From NCBI GenBank assembly GCA_943842245.1, contig CALTAJ010000002.1, positions 271,596-335,595 of the forward strand: a stretch of 64,000 nt of DNA, written 5' to 3'. The translations under genes were made by a program, and so were the position numbers. Each line of letters starts with the position of its first letter. Positions within the stretch are counted from its first letter, which is position 1. A model generated the notes under the pieces. That model did no database searches. It had not been told where the DNA came from and was given only the letters and a program-made list of their open reading frames with translations. This stretch comes from an uncultured Flavobacteriaceae bacterium (GTDB taxonomy: Bacteria; Bacteroidota; Bacteroidia; Flavobacteriales; Flavobacteriaceae). Positions 48,631 through 59,109 of the stretch are shown piece after piece.

Positions 48631-50514
48631 ATGATAATAATGAAGAAGACTATAATCAAGTGTGCTGTTGGATTTATGTTCGTTTCTGCAATAGTAAGTT
48701 GCAATGACGATTTTTTAAGTACAGAGCCATTAAGTGAAATTGCTGAATCTAGTGTTTGGTCATCAGCCAAGCTCGCCGAAGCAGCAGTTCTTGACTTGTA
48801 CCAATCAACTTGGGCAGGTACATTAACTAGAGAGGAAACAACAGATGCCTTTACCGACCAGGCTGTTTTCACACATCCAGGTCGTGGTTTAGATGGCTAT
48901 ACTGAGGGGAAAATGAATCCTGCTGGAGGCTATATGGATATGCAATGGATGAGTTGGACTAACCTTTATCCGTATGTGCGTGCCGCTAACATAGCGATTC
49001 AAAAACTAACTGCTAATGAAGGTGGTCTTGAAGCTGGACTAACGAAAAGATTACTCGGTGAAGCTTACTTTATGAGAGGTTATCTTTTCAGCCAATTGAT
49101 GAGACAATTTGGAGGTATTGTGCTTTTAACTGAGCCGCTTACATTAGATAGCGAAGCTGAAAATCCTAGATCAAGTTTTGACGCTACTATAAATCAAATA
49201 ATCTCTGACTTAGATCAGGCTATTTCATTATTAGCAGATGCACCACCAAGCAAAGCAAGAGCACATAAATTGACAGCTCATGCTCTAAAATCACGTGTGC
49301 TAACTCATGCGGCAAGTGATTTGTATGATGCTACAAAAAATGGTGGTGTTTCAACGTTAGCAGGTTACGGAAATAAGGAGCTAGTAGGTTACACTAGCGG
49401 TTCTCAAGATGCACGCTGGCAAGCTGCCAAAACTGCTTCAAGGGAACTTTTAGATGCTACAACAGGATATAAGCTAGATTATGGTGCACCAGCTTCTTTT
49501 GAAGAAGCTCAACAGAATTATGAAGATATCTGGTTGCAAGGTGACACAAATCAAGACTTTATCTGGGGAAGAATGATTGAAGGCTTTGGTTATGCATCTA
49601 GAACATATCCAGGTGGTGATGGTTGGTCTCAAGGGCCAGGGATGGTTGCGCTATATCATGGTCCAAATGGTTATCATGAATGGGCAGGTACTACTCCTAC
49701 AGGAGCGTTAGCAGATAAATATTCTATGAAAGACGGTTCTCCGTTCGATTGGAACAACCCTGCGCATGCTGCTGCACCTTACGATGATCGTGAACCCCGT
49801 TTCTATGCTACCTTTTTGTATGATGGTGCTCCATGGAAACAAAGAACAAGTGATGTAGTTAAGTTTGATAACTTCAATGAAATTCAAACTGGTTATTACA
49901 CATTCAAAGACGGAACTATCGTAAATGGTGTTGATACTCGTCAAGGTCCAATTGAAGACTGGAATGGATCAAGAACCGGATACTATTTTAAAAAGTTCGC
50001 GGATCCTACTCTACCCGCTTCATGGCCGAACAATCTTCAAAAAGTTGATGCACCGTACATACGTTATACAGAAGTTTTACTGAATTACGTAGAAGCAAGT
50101 ATTAATCTTGGTCAAGAAGGTGACGCTAAAGCATGGTTAAATAAAATTCGTTTTAGAAATGGTCTTCCCGAGGTTACTGAATCTGGAGCAGCTTTAGTTG
50201 AGGTTTATAAGAGAGAGCGAGACAAAGAGCTTGTAAATGAAGATGCTCGAATGTTTGACATGAAACGCTGGTTAGAAGGGCCTTATTCCTTAGACAAGCA
50301 AGTTCAACAGGCGTTAATTCAAGCTACACAAAAATCTAGCAGTTCTATGACCCCTGCTGACTATAGAAAGAGTACTGACGACTTTGATTACACTTATAGG
50401 CCAACGGATATTGTTTTCGAAAACAGAGTATGGAGAGATCAAGTATATTTCATGCCATTACCGCAAGCCGAAATCGACCGTGACCCATCTTTAATCCAGA
50501 ATCCTGGATACTAG
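48631..50514 (+). CDS. susD: RagB/SusD family nutrient-uptake outer membrane lipoprotein
   Basis: 627 aa with a lipobox (VSAIVSC), directly after susC. SusD-like motifs are present (EAYFMRGYLFSQLMRQFGG, YTEVLLNYVEA). Confidence 0.9.
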   Translation: MIIMKKTIIKCAVGFMFVSAIVSCNDDFLSTEPLSEIAESSVWSSAKLAEAAVLDLYQSTWAGTLTREETTDAFTDQAVFTHPGRGLDGYTEGKMNPAGGYMDMQWMSWTNLYPYVRAANIAIQKLTANEGGLEAGLTKRLLGEAYFMRGYLFSQLMRQFGGIVLLTEPLTLDSEAENPRSSFDATINQIISDLDQAISLLADAPPSKARAHKLTAHALKSRVLTHAASDLYDATKNGGVSTLAGYGNKELVGYTSGSQDARWQAAKTASRELLDATTGYKLDYGAPASFEEAQQNYEDIWLQGDTNQDFIWGRMIEGFGYASRTYPGGDGWSQGPGMVALYHGPNGYHEWAGTTPTGALADKYSMKDGSPFDWNNPAHAAAPYDDREPRFYATFLYDGAPWKQRTSDVVKFDNFNEIQTGYYTFKDGTIVNGVDTRQGPIEDWNGSRTGYYFKKFADPTLPASWPNNLQKVDAPYIRYTEVLLNYVEASINLGQEGDAKAWLNKIRFRNGLPEVTESGAALVEVYKRERDKELVNEDARMFDMKRWLEGPYSLDKQVQQALIQATQKSSSSMTPADYRKSTDDFDYTYRPTDIVFENRVWRDQVYFMPLPQAEIDRDPSLIQNPGY

Positions 50515-50542
50515 GTTTTAGGTAACAATTATCATTAAAAAA

Positions 50543-50568
50543 CCCCGCTATCCAGCGGGGCTTTTTTT
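50543..50568 (+). terminator. Rho-independent terminator after susD
   Basis: ccccgct-atcc-agcgggg, a 7-bp GC-rich stem followed by c + T7. Confidence 0.75.
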
Positions 50569-50588
50569 ATTTAAAAAAAACAATATTC

Positions 50589-53500
50589 ATGAAAAGGATA
50601 TTTAGATTAATAGTTGTCTTGTTATTTGTTTTTGCCTGCGAATCAGAGAAAAAGCAATACACAAAATTAAGTTCTAAAAAATCTAACATTGACTTTATCA
50701 ATAAACTTTACGAAACCAATAAAAAAAATTACTTTACTAACCCCTATATGTATTTGGGTGGTGGTGTTGCTGCAGGAGATTTTAATAATGACGGTCTTGA
50801 AGATCTGTTCTTTACAGGGAATATGGTTCCCAACAAACTATATTTAAATCAAGGGGATTTTAATTTTAAAGATATTAGTGAATCTGCCGGAATTGCTGGG
50901 GATAATAGATGGTATTCAGGAGTAAGTATTATTGATATAAATAATGACGGATTTCTAGACATATATATTGCTGTAGGTGGAGAAAGTGGACCGAACAACA
51001 ATGTTTTTTACATTAATAATAAAGACAATACATTCACAGAAAAAGCTGGCGAGTACGGTATTGATGACGATGGTTACAGTATGCATTCAACTTTTTTTGA
51101 TTATGACAAAGACGGAGATTTAGATTTGTATGTTGCAAATTATCCTCCCACCAGTTTTACGGCCCCTGTAGATTATTACAAGTATATGATTGACAATCAT
51201 GAAGATCGAGATTCAGATCATCTGTATCGCAATGATGGAAATCATTTTACTGATGTAACCAAAGAATCAGGGATTAGTAACTTTGGATTGAGCCTTGGAG
51301 TAGTTGCGTCAGATTACAATAATGATGGTTATCCTGATATATATATTTCTAACGATTTTAATGCTACAGATTTTATGTATATAAACAACGGAGATGGAAC
51401 CTTTACAAATGAAATCCTAAATTCACTTCAACAAACTTCGTTTTTTGGAATGGGAGTAGATGCTGCTGATTTTAACAACGATGGTTGGGTAGATATTTTT
51501 CAATTAGACATGAACGCTGCGGACAACTTTAGGTCTAAAGCAAATATGTCCTCAATGAATCCAGAGGTATTTTATCAATCTGTTGCACTTGGACTACATC
51601 ATCAATATATGCAAAACTCATTGCAATTGAATCAGGGGAATCTAAACGGCTCTTCTCCCGCTTTTAGTAATATTGCCCGTTGGAGTGGTGTTTCTTCTAC
51701 CGATTGGAGTTGGGGAGGTTTGTTTGCAGATTTTGATAATGATGGTTGGAAAGACTTATTTGTTACCAACGGAATACGACGGGATGTGAATAATAAAGAT
51801 TTTTATAATCAACACCGCGATTTTTTCGATAAAATGGAAAACGATCCTAAATACAAAAATAAAGAGGAGGAAGTAAAACTATTGTCTTATTTAGAAAAAA
51901 TGCCCTCAGAAAAGCTATCAAATTATTTATTTCATAACCAAAAAGATAAAGGATTTGTAAATAGAAACACAGAGTGGGGCTTAGATGAAAAAACATTCTC
52001 TAATGGAGTTATATATAGTGATTTAGACAATGACGGAGATCTTGACTTAGTGGTAAATAATCTTGAAGATTATGCGAGTATTTACAGAAATAATAATACT
52101 AATTCAAATTTTATCGGTTTTGAGCTAGAAGGCAAAGATAAACATATCCCGATGGGGGCTAGAATACATTTAAAGGCTTCAGGAAAATATCAGATGCAGG
52201 AATTTAATCTAAGTCGAGGATATCTTTCATCTGTATCACCGAGAATCCACTTTGGGCTTGGAGATAACACAAAACTAGACGAAGTTGTTATCGAATGGCC
52301 TGATGGCTATAGATCAAGATTAGATAATATAGAAATTAATAAATATAATAAAGTGATCTATGAAAATGCTTCCCCTAAAATTGACGAAGCAAAAGATGAA
52401 TCAATCAAAATAAAACAATTTGAGATCATAACCCAAAAAGATCCTTTTATTCACAAAGAAAACCCCTATGACGATTTTAAAGATGAAATATTACTCCCTC
52501 ACAAAAATTCTACATTAGGTCCTGCTTTAGCTGTTGGAGATTTAAATAATGACGGTAGGGAGGATTATATTATAGGAGGAGCTATAGCTCAGGCTCCAGG
52601 AATATATATGCAACAAGAGGATGGAACTTTCGAACGAGCAACCATTCCAATATTTGAAAAAGATAAATTTTATGAAGATTTAGGAATTGAAATTTTTGAT
52701 GCAGATAACGACGGTGATCAAGATATTTACATTGCTAGTGGAGGAAATGAGTTTAATGAAGGATCGCAAGGCTATGAGGATCGTTTTTATGAAAATAAAG
52801 GTAATCTAAATTTTGAAAGAAATAAAAGTGCAATACCCAGTGAAAGGATAAGTGGACTTGAGGTCTCTTCGAATGATTTTGATCATGATGGAGACCTAGA
52901 TCTTTTTATAGGAGGTAGACTCAGTCCAAAAAAATATCCATATCCATCAAACTCAAGAATTTTAGAAAATCAAAGCTCAGCTGGAAAAATAAATTTTGTT
53001 GATGTGACAGATGAGAAAAACCCAGCACTCAAAAATATTGGATTGGTTACAACTTCTAATTGGGTGGATATAGACGGCGACTCATGGGATGATTTAATTG
53101 TAAGTGGGGAATGGATGTCCTTGCGGTTTTTTAAAAATAATAAAGGAACCTCATTTAAAGAAGTTACCGATGAAGTTTATCGTCCTGAAAATCGCGGATG
53201 GTGGTATGACATTGAAAAAGGAGACTTTGACAATGATGGTGATATGGATTTAATAGTTGGTAATCTTGGTTTAAATTACAAATACGAAGCATCGGTAGAA
53301 AAACCTTTCCGAATTTATTTAAACGATTTTGATAAAAACGCTACTTACGATATAGTGTTAAGTTATAAGTCAGAAGATACTGAATATCCTGTTAGAGGTC
53401 GTCAATGCTCATCCCAACAGATGCCAGCAATTAAAGAAAAATTTAAGAATTACAATAGTTTTGCAAGTGCTTCTCTTGAACAAATATACTCAACCCAAAT

Positions 53501-53897
53501 GCTAGAAGAGTCATTGAAATACGAAATTAACTCATTTGAAAGTATCTATCTACAAAACAATAATGGTAAATTTATTGCTAAGCCCCTTCCCTACCAAGCT
53601 CAATTTTCAAATATAAATGCAATGGTTGTTAAAGACATAGATCTTGATGGGAATCTTGATATTGTATTAGGAGGAAATCTTTACAATGCTGAGGTTGAAA
53701 CACCCAGAAACGATTCAAGTTATGGGCTTTGGTTAAAGGGGGACGGAAAAAATGGTTTTTCTGCTCTACCGCCAAGGGATACAGGACTTGTAATGAGAGG
53801 AGATATACGAAATATTAAGTTAATAAAAGTAGGTAATGAGAATCATCTAATAATAGCAGCAAATAATCAAGCTCTTCAACAAATTAAAATTAATTAA
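50589..53897 (+). CDS. VCBS/FG-GAP repeat protein with a central ASPIC/UnbV domain (CRTAC1 family), lipoprotein
   Basis: 1102 aa with a lipobox LLFVFAC. It has many FG-GAP/VCBS units (DFNNDGxxDLxxxN, DYDKDGDLDLYV, DxDNDGDxDIY). The central domain GARIHLKASGKYQMQEFNLSRGYLSSVSPRIHFGLGDNTKLDEVVIEWPDG is UnbV/ASPIC-like. Confidence 0.85.
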   Translation: MKRIFRLIVVLLFVFACESEKKQYTKLSSKKSNIDFINKLYETNKKNYFTNPYMYLGGGVAAGDFNNDGLEDLFFTGNMVPNKLYLNQGDFNFKDISESAGIAGDNRWYSGVSIIDINNDGFLDIYIAVGGESGPNNNVFYINNKDNTFTEKAGEYGIDDDGYSMHSTFFDYDKDGDLDLYVANYPPTSFTAPVDYYKYMIDNHEDRDSDHLYRNDGNHFTDVTKESGISNFGLSLGVVASDYNNDGYPDIYISNDFNATDFMYINNGDGTFTNEILNSLQQTSFFGMGVDAADFNNDGWVDIFQLDMNAADNFRSKANMSSMNPEVFYQSVALGLHHQYMQNSLQLNQGNLNGSSPAFSNIARWSGVSSTDWSWGGLFADFDNDGWKDLFVTNGIRRDVNNKDFYNQHRDFFDKMENDPKYKNKEEEVKLLSYLEKMPSEKLSNYLFHNQKDKGFVNRNTEWGLDEKTFSNGVIYSDLDNDGDLDLVVNNLEDYASIYRNNNTNSNFIGFELEGKDKHIPMGARIHLKASGKYQMQEFNLSRGYLSSVSPRIHFGLGDNTKLDEVVIEWPDGYRSRLDNIEINKYNKVIYENASPKIDEAKDESIKIKQFEIITQKDPFIHKENPYDDFKDEILLPHKNSTLGPALAVGDLNNDGREDYIIGGAIAQAPGIYMQQEDGTFERATIPIFEKDKFYEDLGIEIFDADNDGDQDIYIASGGNEFNEGSQGYEDRFYENKGNLNFERNKSAIPSERISGLEVSSNDFDHDGDLDLFIGGRLSPKKYPYPSNSRILENQSSAGKINFVDVTDEKNPALKNIGLVTTSNWVDIDGDSWDDLIVSGEWMSLRFFKNNKGTSFKEVTDEVYRPENRGWWYDIEKGDFDNDGDMDLIVGNLGLNYKYEASVEKPFRIYLNDFDKNATYDIVLSYKSEDTEYPVRGRQCSSQQMPAIKEKFKNYNSFASASLEQIYSTQMLEESLKYEINSFESIYLQNNNGKFIAKPLPYQAQFSNINAMVVKDIDLDGNLDIVLGGNLYNAEVETPRNDSSYGLWLKGDGKNGFSALPPRDTGLVMRGDIRNIKLIKVGNENHLIIAANNQALQQIKIN

Positions 53898-54274
53898 TGC
53901 GATATTTTGTAATCTTTTTTTCTATTGCTTTTGTAACGGGATGCATGAATCAGAAGGAAAACAAATTTAAAGACTTCCTAGTTGGAGAGTGGAGAATTGA
54001 AAATCCTGAACACCAATCATTTATTCGCTTTGAAGAAAATGGAAAAACTACATATTTCTTAAATCAATTTAGTTATCGATTAGATAGCCTTGCTGAAACA
54101 GGGAAATGGGAATTAATTGAAATTCGAAAAGGGATAGAAGTAGATACTTTTATAGTAAATATTGATAAAAAACCTCAAAATACAGTTTTTAAATTCATCC
54201 CTGCTGATAAAAATCGGATTAAAGTAATAGACGATATTGGACAAACATTTTTCACTCGTACCAAAAAAGAATAA
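53897..54274 (+). CDS. Small lipoprotein of unknown function
   Basis: 125 aa with a lipobox FVTGC. Its ATG overlaps the TAA of the upstream gene (TAATG coupling). Confidence 0.55.
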   Translation: MRYFVIFFSIAFVTGCMNQKENKFKDFLVGEWRIENPEHQSFIRFEENGKTTYFLNQFSYRLDSLAETGKWELIEIRKGIEVDTFIVNIDKKPQNTVFKFIPADKNRIKVIDDIGQTFFTRTKKE

Positions 54275-54743
54275 TGTTATAATTCCAGTCGATTAGCTAC
54301 ATTACTATACGTGTCAAAAGCAAAAATAGTATACAAGCTTTTGTTTCTCGCCAAAATTGTCTAGTTTGGTGAAAACCAGATTTGCTATATTATTTTTATT
54401 TGGAATTGGGGTTATTTGAATAGGATTGAAAGCTTGTAAATCTCAAATTGTATTACTGATTTTAAAAAAATTTGTATTAGTGCTCGACTAATTTTTTGCT
54501 GTTTTATTTAAACATTTAAATTATTTTTAACGAGTGTGTCATAATTGATCTTCATTAGCTTTTTGATCTAATAAATAAAGTCTTTATTAGTAACAATTTT
54601 TTTCTGTAAAAATAAAAACATAGTATTTAAAAAAATACCCAAAACAACTAAATAATAAAATTTGAAGTAACGAACAATCATCAAATAATTTTGTCTAATT
54701 TTAAAATACAATTTATTGTGGTGAATAAATGGATTGAAGACAT

Positions 54744-55958
54744 ATGAAGACAGGAATTCAACATTTTTTTTTATTGCCGCTTTTTTTTCTCTTAATGGAA
54801 TGTTCAATTCAGGAAGACGAAAATGAATCTACCACTTATAAATTACAAACTGAGGTATGGCCAAGTGAAGACAATGGAAAAATCATACCAAGTCAGGGAG
54901 ATTATAATCCATTCTCTATCAAAACTGTATATGCAAGACCAGAGCCTGGATGGGTATTTGATCGTTGGGAAGGTGTAGTGAATAATACTGATAACCCCAC
55001 AGAAATCACCTTTTATGATAATCTTGCCGTAAGAGCGGTATTTAAAAAAGACACATTTAGAGTTAGGACTATAGCTGGAGGCAAAGGCAAGGGTAGTGAG
55101 TTAAATCAACTTTACTATCCAACAGGAATTGCATTAGATCCTTCAGGAGACTTGTATGTTAGTGATATGTACAATCATCGAATACAGAGGTGGAAACCTG
55201 GTGCTACAGTTGGAATTACTGCTGCCGGGGGAAATGGTTTTGGTTATGGCCCTTCTCAACTTGAGGAGCCTGGAAAAATCGATATTGATAGTCAAGGAAA
55301 CTTATACATTGCTGATACAGGAAATAACAGAATACAAAAATGGGAATTTGGAGGACTAACTGGAACAACAGTAGCAGGTGGTAATGGGTTTGGTAAGGAA
55401 CTCAACCAATTGCATAATCCATTTGGTATAGCAGTAGATAATGCTGGGGCTATTTATGTCTCTGAGCTAAGTAATCACCGGGTAACCAAGTGGAGTGCAG
55501 GAGGATCTGAAGGTGAAATAGTTGCAGGTGGAAATGGGGAAGGAAGTGATCCAGATCAACTTGCAATTCCAATGGGTATCGCTGTAAATAAGAAAGGAGA
55601 TCTTTTTGTGGCTGACACATATAACCATCGCGTACAGCTGTGGGAAAAGGGAGCTACTAAAGGTAAAACTTTAATTTCTGGTAAGGATTTTGAACCTGCT
55701 TACCAAACCAATTACTTCAGTGGTATTAGTATAGTTGATGACTCTTTTCTTTATATTACTGATTATCAGCAGAAAAGAATAATTCGATACCATATTGATT
55801 CGGATACTTTTGAAATTATTTCAACTAACAATTCAATAGTCAATGAGGAAGATAAACTTTCTCAGCCTTATCAAACAGCAGTTGACTTAATGGGTGATTT
55901 GATTATTGCTGATGCAAAAAATAATCGCATACAAAAACGAAAAATTAAAAATGAATGA
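54744..55958 (+). CDS. NHL-repeat six-bladed beta-propeller lipoprotein with an N-terminal InlB-B-repeat-like domain
   Basis: 404 aa with a lipobox LLMEC. The N-terminal module is PEPGWVFDRWEGVVNNTDNPTEITF. NHL units recur (LYVSDMYNHRIQRW, LYIADTGNNRIQKW, IYVSELSNHRVTKW, LFVADTYNHRVQLW, LIIADAKNNRIQK). Confidence 0.8.
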   Translation: MKTGIQHFFLLPLFFLLMECSIQEDENESTTYKLQTEVWPSEDNGKIIPSQGDYNPFSIKTVYARPEPGWVFDRWEGVVNNTDNPTEITFYDNLAVRAVFKKDTFRVRTIAGGKGKGSELNQLYYPTGIALDPSGDLYVSDMYNHRIQRWKPGATVGITAAGGNGFGYGPSQLEEPGKIDIDSQGNLYIADTGNNRIQKWEFGGLTGTTVAGGNGFGKELNQLHNPFGIAVDNAGAIYVSELSNHRVTKWSAGGSEGEIVAGGNGEGSDPDQLAIPMGIAVNKKGDLFVADTYNHRVQLWEKGATKGKTLISGKDFEPAYQTNYFSGISIVDDSFLYITDYQQKRIIRYHIDSDTFEIISTNNSIVNEEDKLSQPYQTAVDLMGDLIIADAKNNRIQKRKIKNE

Positions 55959-55990
55959 ATGATAAATATTAGTAAGTAACTTTTTCATTT

Positions 55991-57157
55991 ATGCGTTTAG
56001 CTTTTTTTTACGGACTTTTGATTACTGCTTCTTTAACAGCTTGTAATTCATATACGTCGGAGTATATACCTATTGAAAAAATAGGTATGCATCCAAATGG
56101 CACGGTGTTTACTGGTATGCAAAGCTGTAATCAATGTCATTTGGATATCGTCACCGCACATAAGCAAACAGCGCATTGGTTGACTTCATCCAAAATTAAT
56201 TCTGCTACGGTAATCCCTTTTTTAAACTCAGATAAAAATTATTTTGACCTAAAAGATCAAACCCGGTTATCTTTTTCTATTAAAAATGATACACTTTTCC
56301 AAGAAGCTTACAGAAGACCTTATAAGTCTCCTTTTTTCACAAAATCCATAGACATTAATATAGGCTCGGGAACTAAAATTGGAAATTCTTTTTTAAGTTG
56401 GGAAGAAAATTCTTTATTTCAGCTTCAAGGATCCTATTATAAGCCAAATTCAAAGTGGATAAACAGTCCAGGTTATCCATCTTTTTTTCAGCCAAAAAGA
56501 CCAATTTTTCCAAGATGTTTGGAATGTCACACCACCTTCAGCCAGTCAGAAAATTGGCAAAGTGCTATTCCTACAAATAGATACAATAAAGAGAATATCG
56601 TTTTTGGAATCGATTGTCAAAGATGTCATGGTCCTGTTGTCGATCATGTCAAGCATCATAGAAAAAATCCAATAGACAGCGTGGGTAGAAAAATTCTTTC
56701 TTACAAAAATTTTACCCAACAACAACGAATCGATATGTGTGCTTTATGCCATTCTGGAGTTGGAAAAAATATAAATCAAGCTGCTTTTTCATTTACTCCT
56801 GGAGACGCTTTAAAGAATTACCTTGCTACCCAAACCAATAACGAACCTGATGTTCACTCAAATCAGGTTGGCTTACTTAAAATGAGTCAGTGTTTTATTA
56901 AATCTGAAGGGATGGATTGTATGACTTGTCACGACCCCCATTCTAACGAAAGAAATAATGTGATTAAGTTTAATTCACGTTGTATTGAATGTCATCCAAG
57001 TCAACAGCATACGAGTTTGCTTCCTGAAAATACTTGGGATTGTGTAAAATGTCACATGCCTATGAAGGCCAGCAAGATAATGAAAATTGAAATTAACTCT
57101 GATAGTATAAGCCAAGTATTGGTTCGCACCCATAAAATTGCAATTTATAAAGAATAA
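55991..57157 (+). CDS. Multihaem c-type cytochrome lipoprotein (seven CXXCH motifs)
   Basis: 388 aa with a lipobox SLTAC. The motifs are CNQCH, CLECH, CQRCH, CALCH, CMTCH, CIECH and CVKCH. Confidence 0.8.
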   Translation: MRLAFFYGLLITASLTACNSYTSEYIPIEKIGMHPNGTVFTGMQSCNQCHLDIVTAHKQTAHWLTSSKINSATVIPFLNSDKNYFDLKDQTRLSFSIKNDTLFQEAYRRPYKSPFFTKSIDINIGSGTKIGNSFLSWEENSLFQLQGSYYKPNSKWINSPGYPSFFQPKRPIFPRCLECHTTFSQSENWQSAIPTNRYNKENIVFGIDCQRCHGPVVDHVKHHRKNPIDSVGRKILSYKNFTQQQRIDMCALCHSGVGKNINQAAFSFTPGDALKNYLATQTNNEPDVHSNQVGLLKMSQCFIKSEGMDCMTCHDPHSNERNNVIKFNSRCIECHPSQQHTSLLPENTWDCVKCHMPMKASKIMKIEINSDSISQVLVRTHKIAIYKE

Positions 57158-57447
57158 TAGTTTATTAACTTGACTCAATATTTATACTGTCTTAATTAAA
57201 TTGAGGTTTAAAATAGTAAGATATAAATCATTAAGTCCACTTACAAGTAGTGATTTTACCATTTGCTTTATTGGGCCAAATCGCAGTTGTCAATTTATAA
57301 TTATTTGATTTAACCTCATCTTCTTGCTTTTAACAAGCAAAGGTTTTGATTGAAATTGTAAAAAAATATAAAAGTTGATTACTCTTCTTAATAAAAGCTA
57401 TAGTTATACAATGGATATTGAATGAGTTTTTTTAAATTTAATTAAAT

Positions 57448-57858
57448 ATGATAATAAATACGTTTTTAAAATACTCCCTAATATTTTTTTTAGGCATTGT
57501 TTTTCCTTTTAATTCTTTGTCTTCTCAAGAAACTAAAGTGGCTACAAAAAACTTTTTTATTTCGTGGCAAAAAGCTAACGGTGATCAGTATGAAATTCCG
57601 GTTGAAAATAACTTAAAAGTTAAAATTTTGAAACAACGTGTGAATCGTGCGTTAATGCAAATTCTATTAAAGACTTCAGTTAAAAGTAAAGACTTTGAAA
57701 CTTTTGATCCCTCTAAAATTACTTTGTTAACTGACTTTGATTATCAGGTAGCTAAAGTTGATTTTACGATTCTTGATAATTCAAATGGGGAAGAGAAACA
57801 CACATATTATTTTAGTTTTGATACCGACGGTAACGTTTTTAAACAATTGTATAATTAA
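57448..57858 (+). CDS. Secreted hypothetical protein (136 aa)
   Basis: It has a signal-like N-terminus. I recognise no motif. Confidence 0.4.
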   Translation: MIINTFLKYSLIFFLGIVFPFNSLSSQETKVATKNFFISWQKANGDQYEIPVENNLKVKILKQRVNRALMQILLKTSVKSKDFETFDPSKITLLTDFDYQVAKVDFTILDNSNGEEKHTYYFSFDTDGNVFKQLYN

Positions 57859-57964
57859 TCTGAAATTCATTTTATCATTATAAAATTATTTTTAAATTTA
57901 AATATCGCCTTACAGAAAAATTTTAAAAGTATTCTGACGATGGTTTAATCCAAATTAAATTAAG

Positions 57965-59064
57965 ATGAGCACAACAAAAAATTTGAGTCAAAGATTACGA
58001 TCCCTAGATTTTTTTAGAGGGGCTGTTATGTTCTTATTAGTAGCTGAGTTTTCCGATCTTTTTGGAGTATTAATGAATACTGGCAATGAGTCAATTACTA
58101 CCATTGCAAATTTTCTCTTCCATCACGTAAAATGGGAAGGTCTTCATTTTTGGGATTTAATTCAGCCTTTTTTCATGTTTATTGTTGGGGTGTCTATTCC
58201 TTATTCCTATGCCAGCAGATTGAAAAAGAGGAGATTCAAAAAAGCAGATTAGAAATCACGCTTTTCGGCGTTCTTTTCTTTTATTAGTTTTTGGATGGAC
58301 ATTATACTGTTTAGATCAAGAAAAAATTATTTTTCGGTTTGATAATGTTTTAGCTCAACTTTCTTTTACCTACTTGATTGCTTTTTTTTTAGTTAAAAAA
58401 ACACCGAGGGTACAATCTATTGTTGCATTGTTATGCATTGTTGCTTCCGACTCTGCTCTATCGTTTTTTTCCAGTTGTTGGTTTTGATCAAGCTTTTATT
58501 GCAGGACAAAATTTTGGAGCTTGGTTCAATATTTTTATTTCAGGTTATGAATATGAAGGACATTGGGCAGCCTTTAATGCGCTTCCAACAGCTGCTCATA
58601 CAATCTGGGGATTAATGGCAGGACAATTGTTGATGAGCACTTATACCGATACAGAAAAACTGAAACGCCTTATCATTGCAGCTCTTATTTGCTTAGCTGT
58701 TGGTTATTCTGTAAGTATATTTACTCCGGTTATTAAACGGATATCTACAAGTGCTTTTGTATTCCTTTCTGGGGGATGGACTATTTTGGCTTTAGCAGCC
58801 TGTTATTGGGTGATTGATATTAAATCCTATATAAAGAAAACTTTGGTGTTTACAGTTGTGGGTATGAATCCCCTATTTATTTATATTTATAGTTCTATTG
58901 GCGGTGGGGATTTATTTCGGAAAATAGTAAAACCATTTACCAATAGCTTTATTCAAGGCTATTCGCCTTGGCTAGCAAGTTTTATTTTAGGTCTAATTGT
59001 CTTGTTTTGTCTTTGGTATGTTTGTTATTGGTTGTATCATAAGCGAATTTTCATAAAAATATAA
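57965..59064 (+). pseudogene. NagX / heparan-alpha-glucosaminide N-acetyltransferase-like (DUF5009/DUF1624) membrane acyltransferase, interrupted by two frameshifts
   Basis: The reading frame passes from frame A (57965-58252, RSLDFFRGAVMFLLV...) to a second frame (about 58224-58487, ...IRNHAFRRSFLLLVFGWTLYC...) to a third (58393 onward to 59064). The first shift is at or next to an A5 run at 58223-58227. The second lies in a stretch containing an A7 run (58395-58401) and a T7 run (58464-58470). Confidence 0.7.
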
Positions 59065-59109
59065 AATGAGATTAATTATCCTTTTCATACTCACAAAAAT
59101 TAATTAATC

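Noticed and set aside
54568-54807. A 79-aa minus-strand ORF in the intergenic region upstream of the NHL gene.
   Set aside because: It is AT-rich and low-complexity, overlaps the NHL gene start, and has no motif.
57321-57348. A possible terminator hairpin (ttgctt-ttaac-aagcaa) about 170 nt after the cytochrome gene.
   Set aside because: The stem is only 6 bp and AT-rich, the T-tract is weak, and it is far from the stop codon. This is not enough to call a feature.
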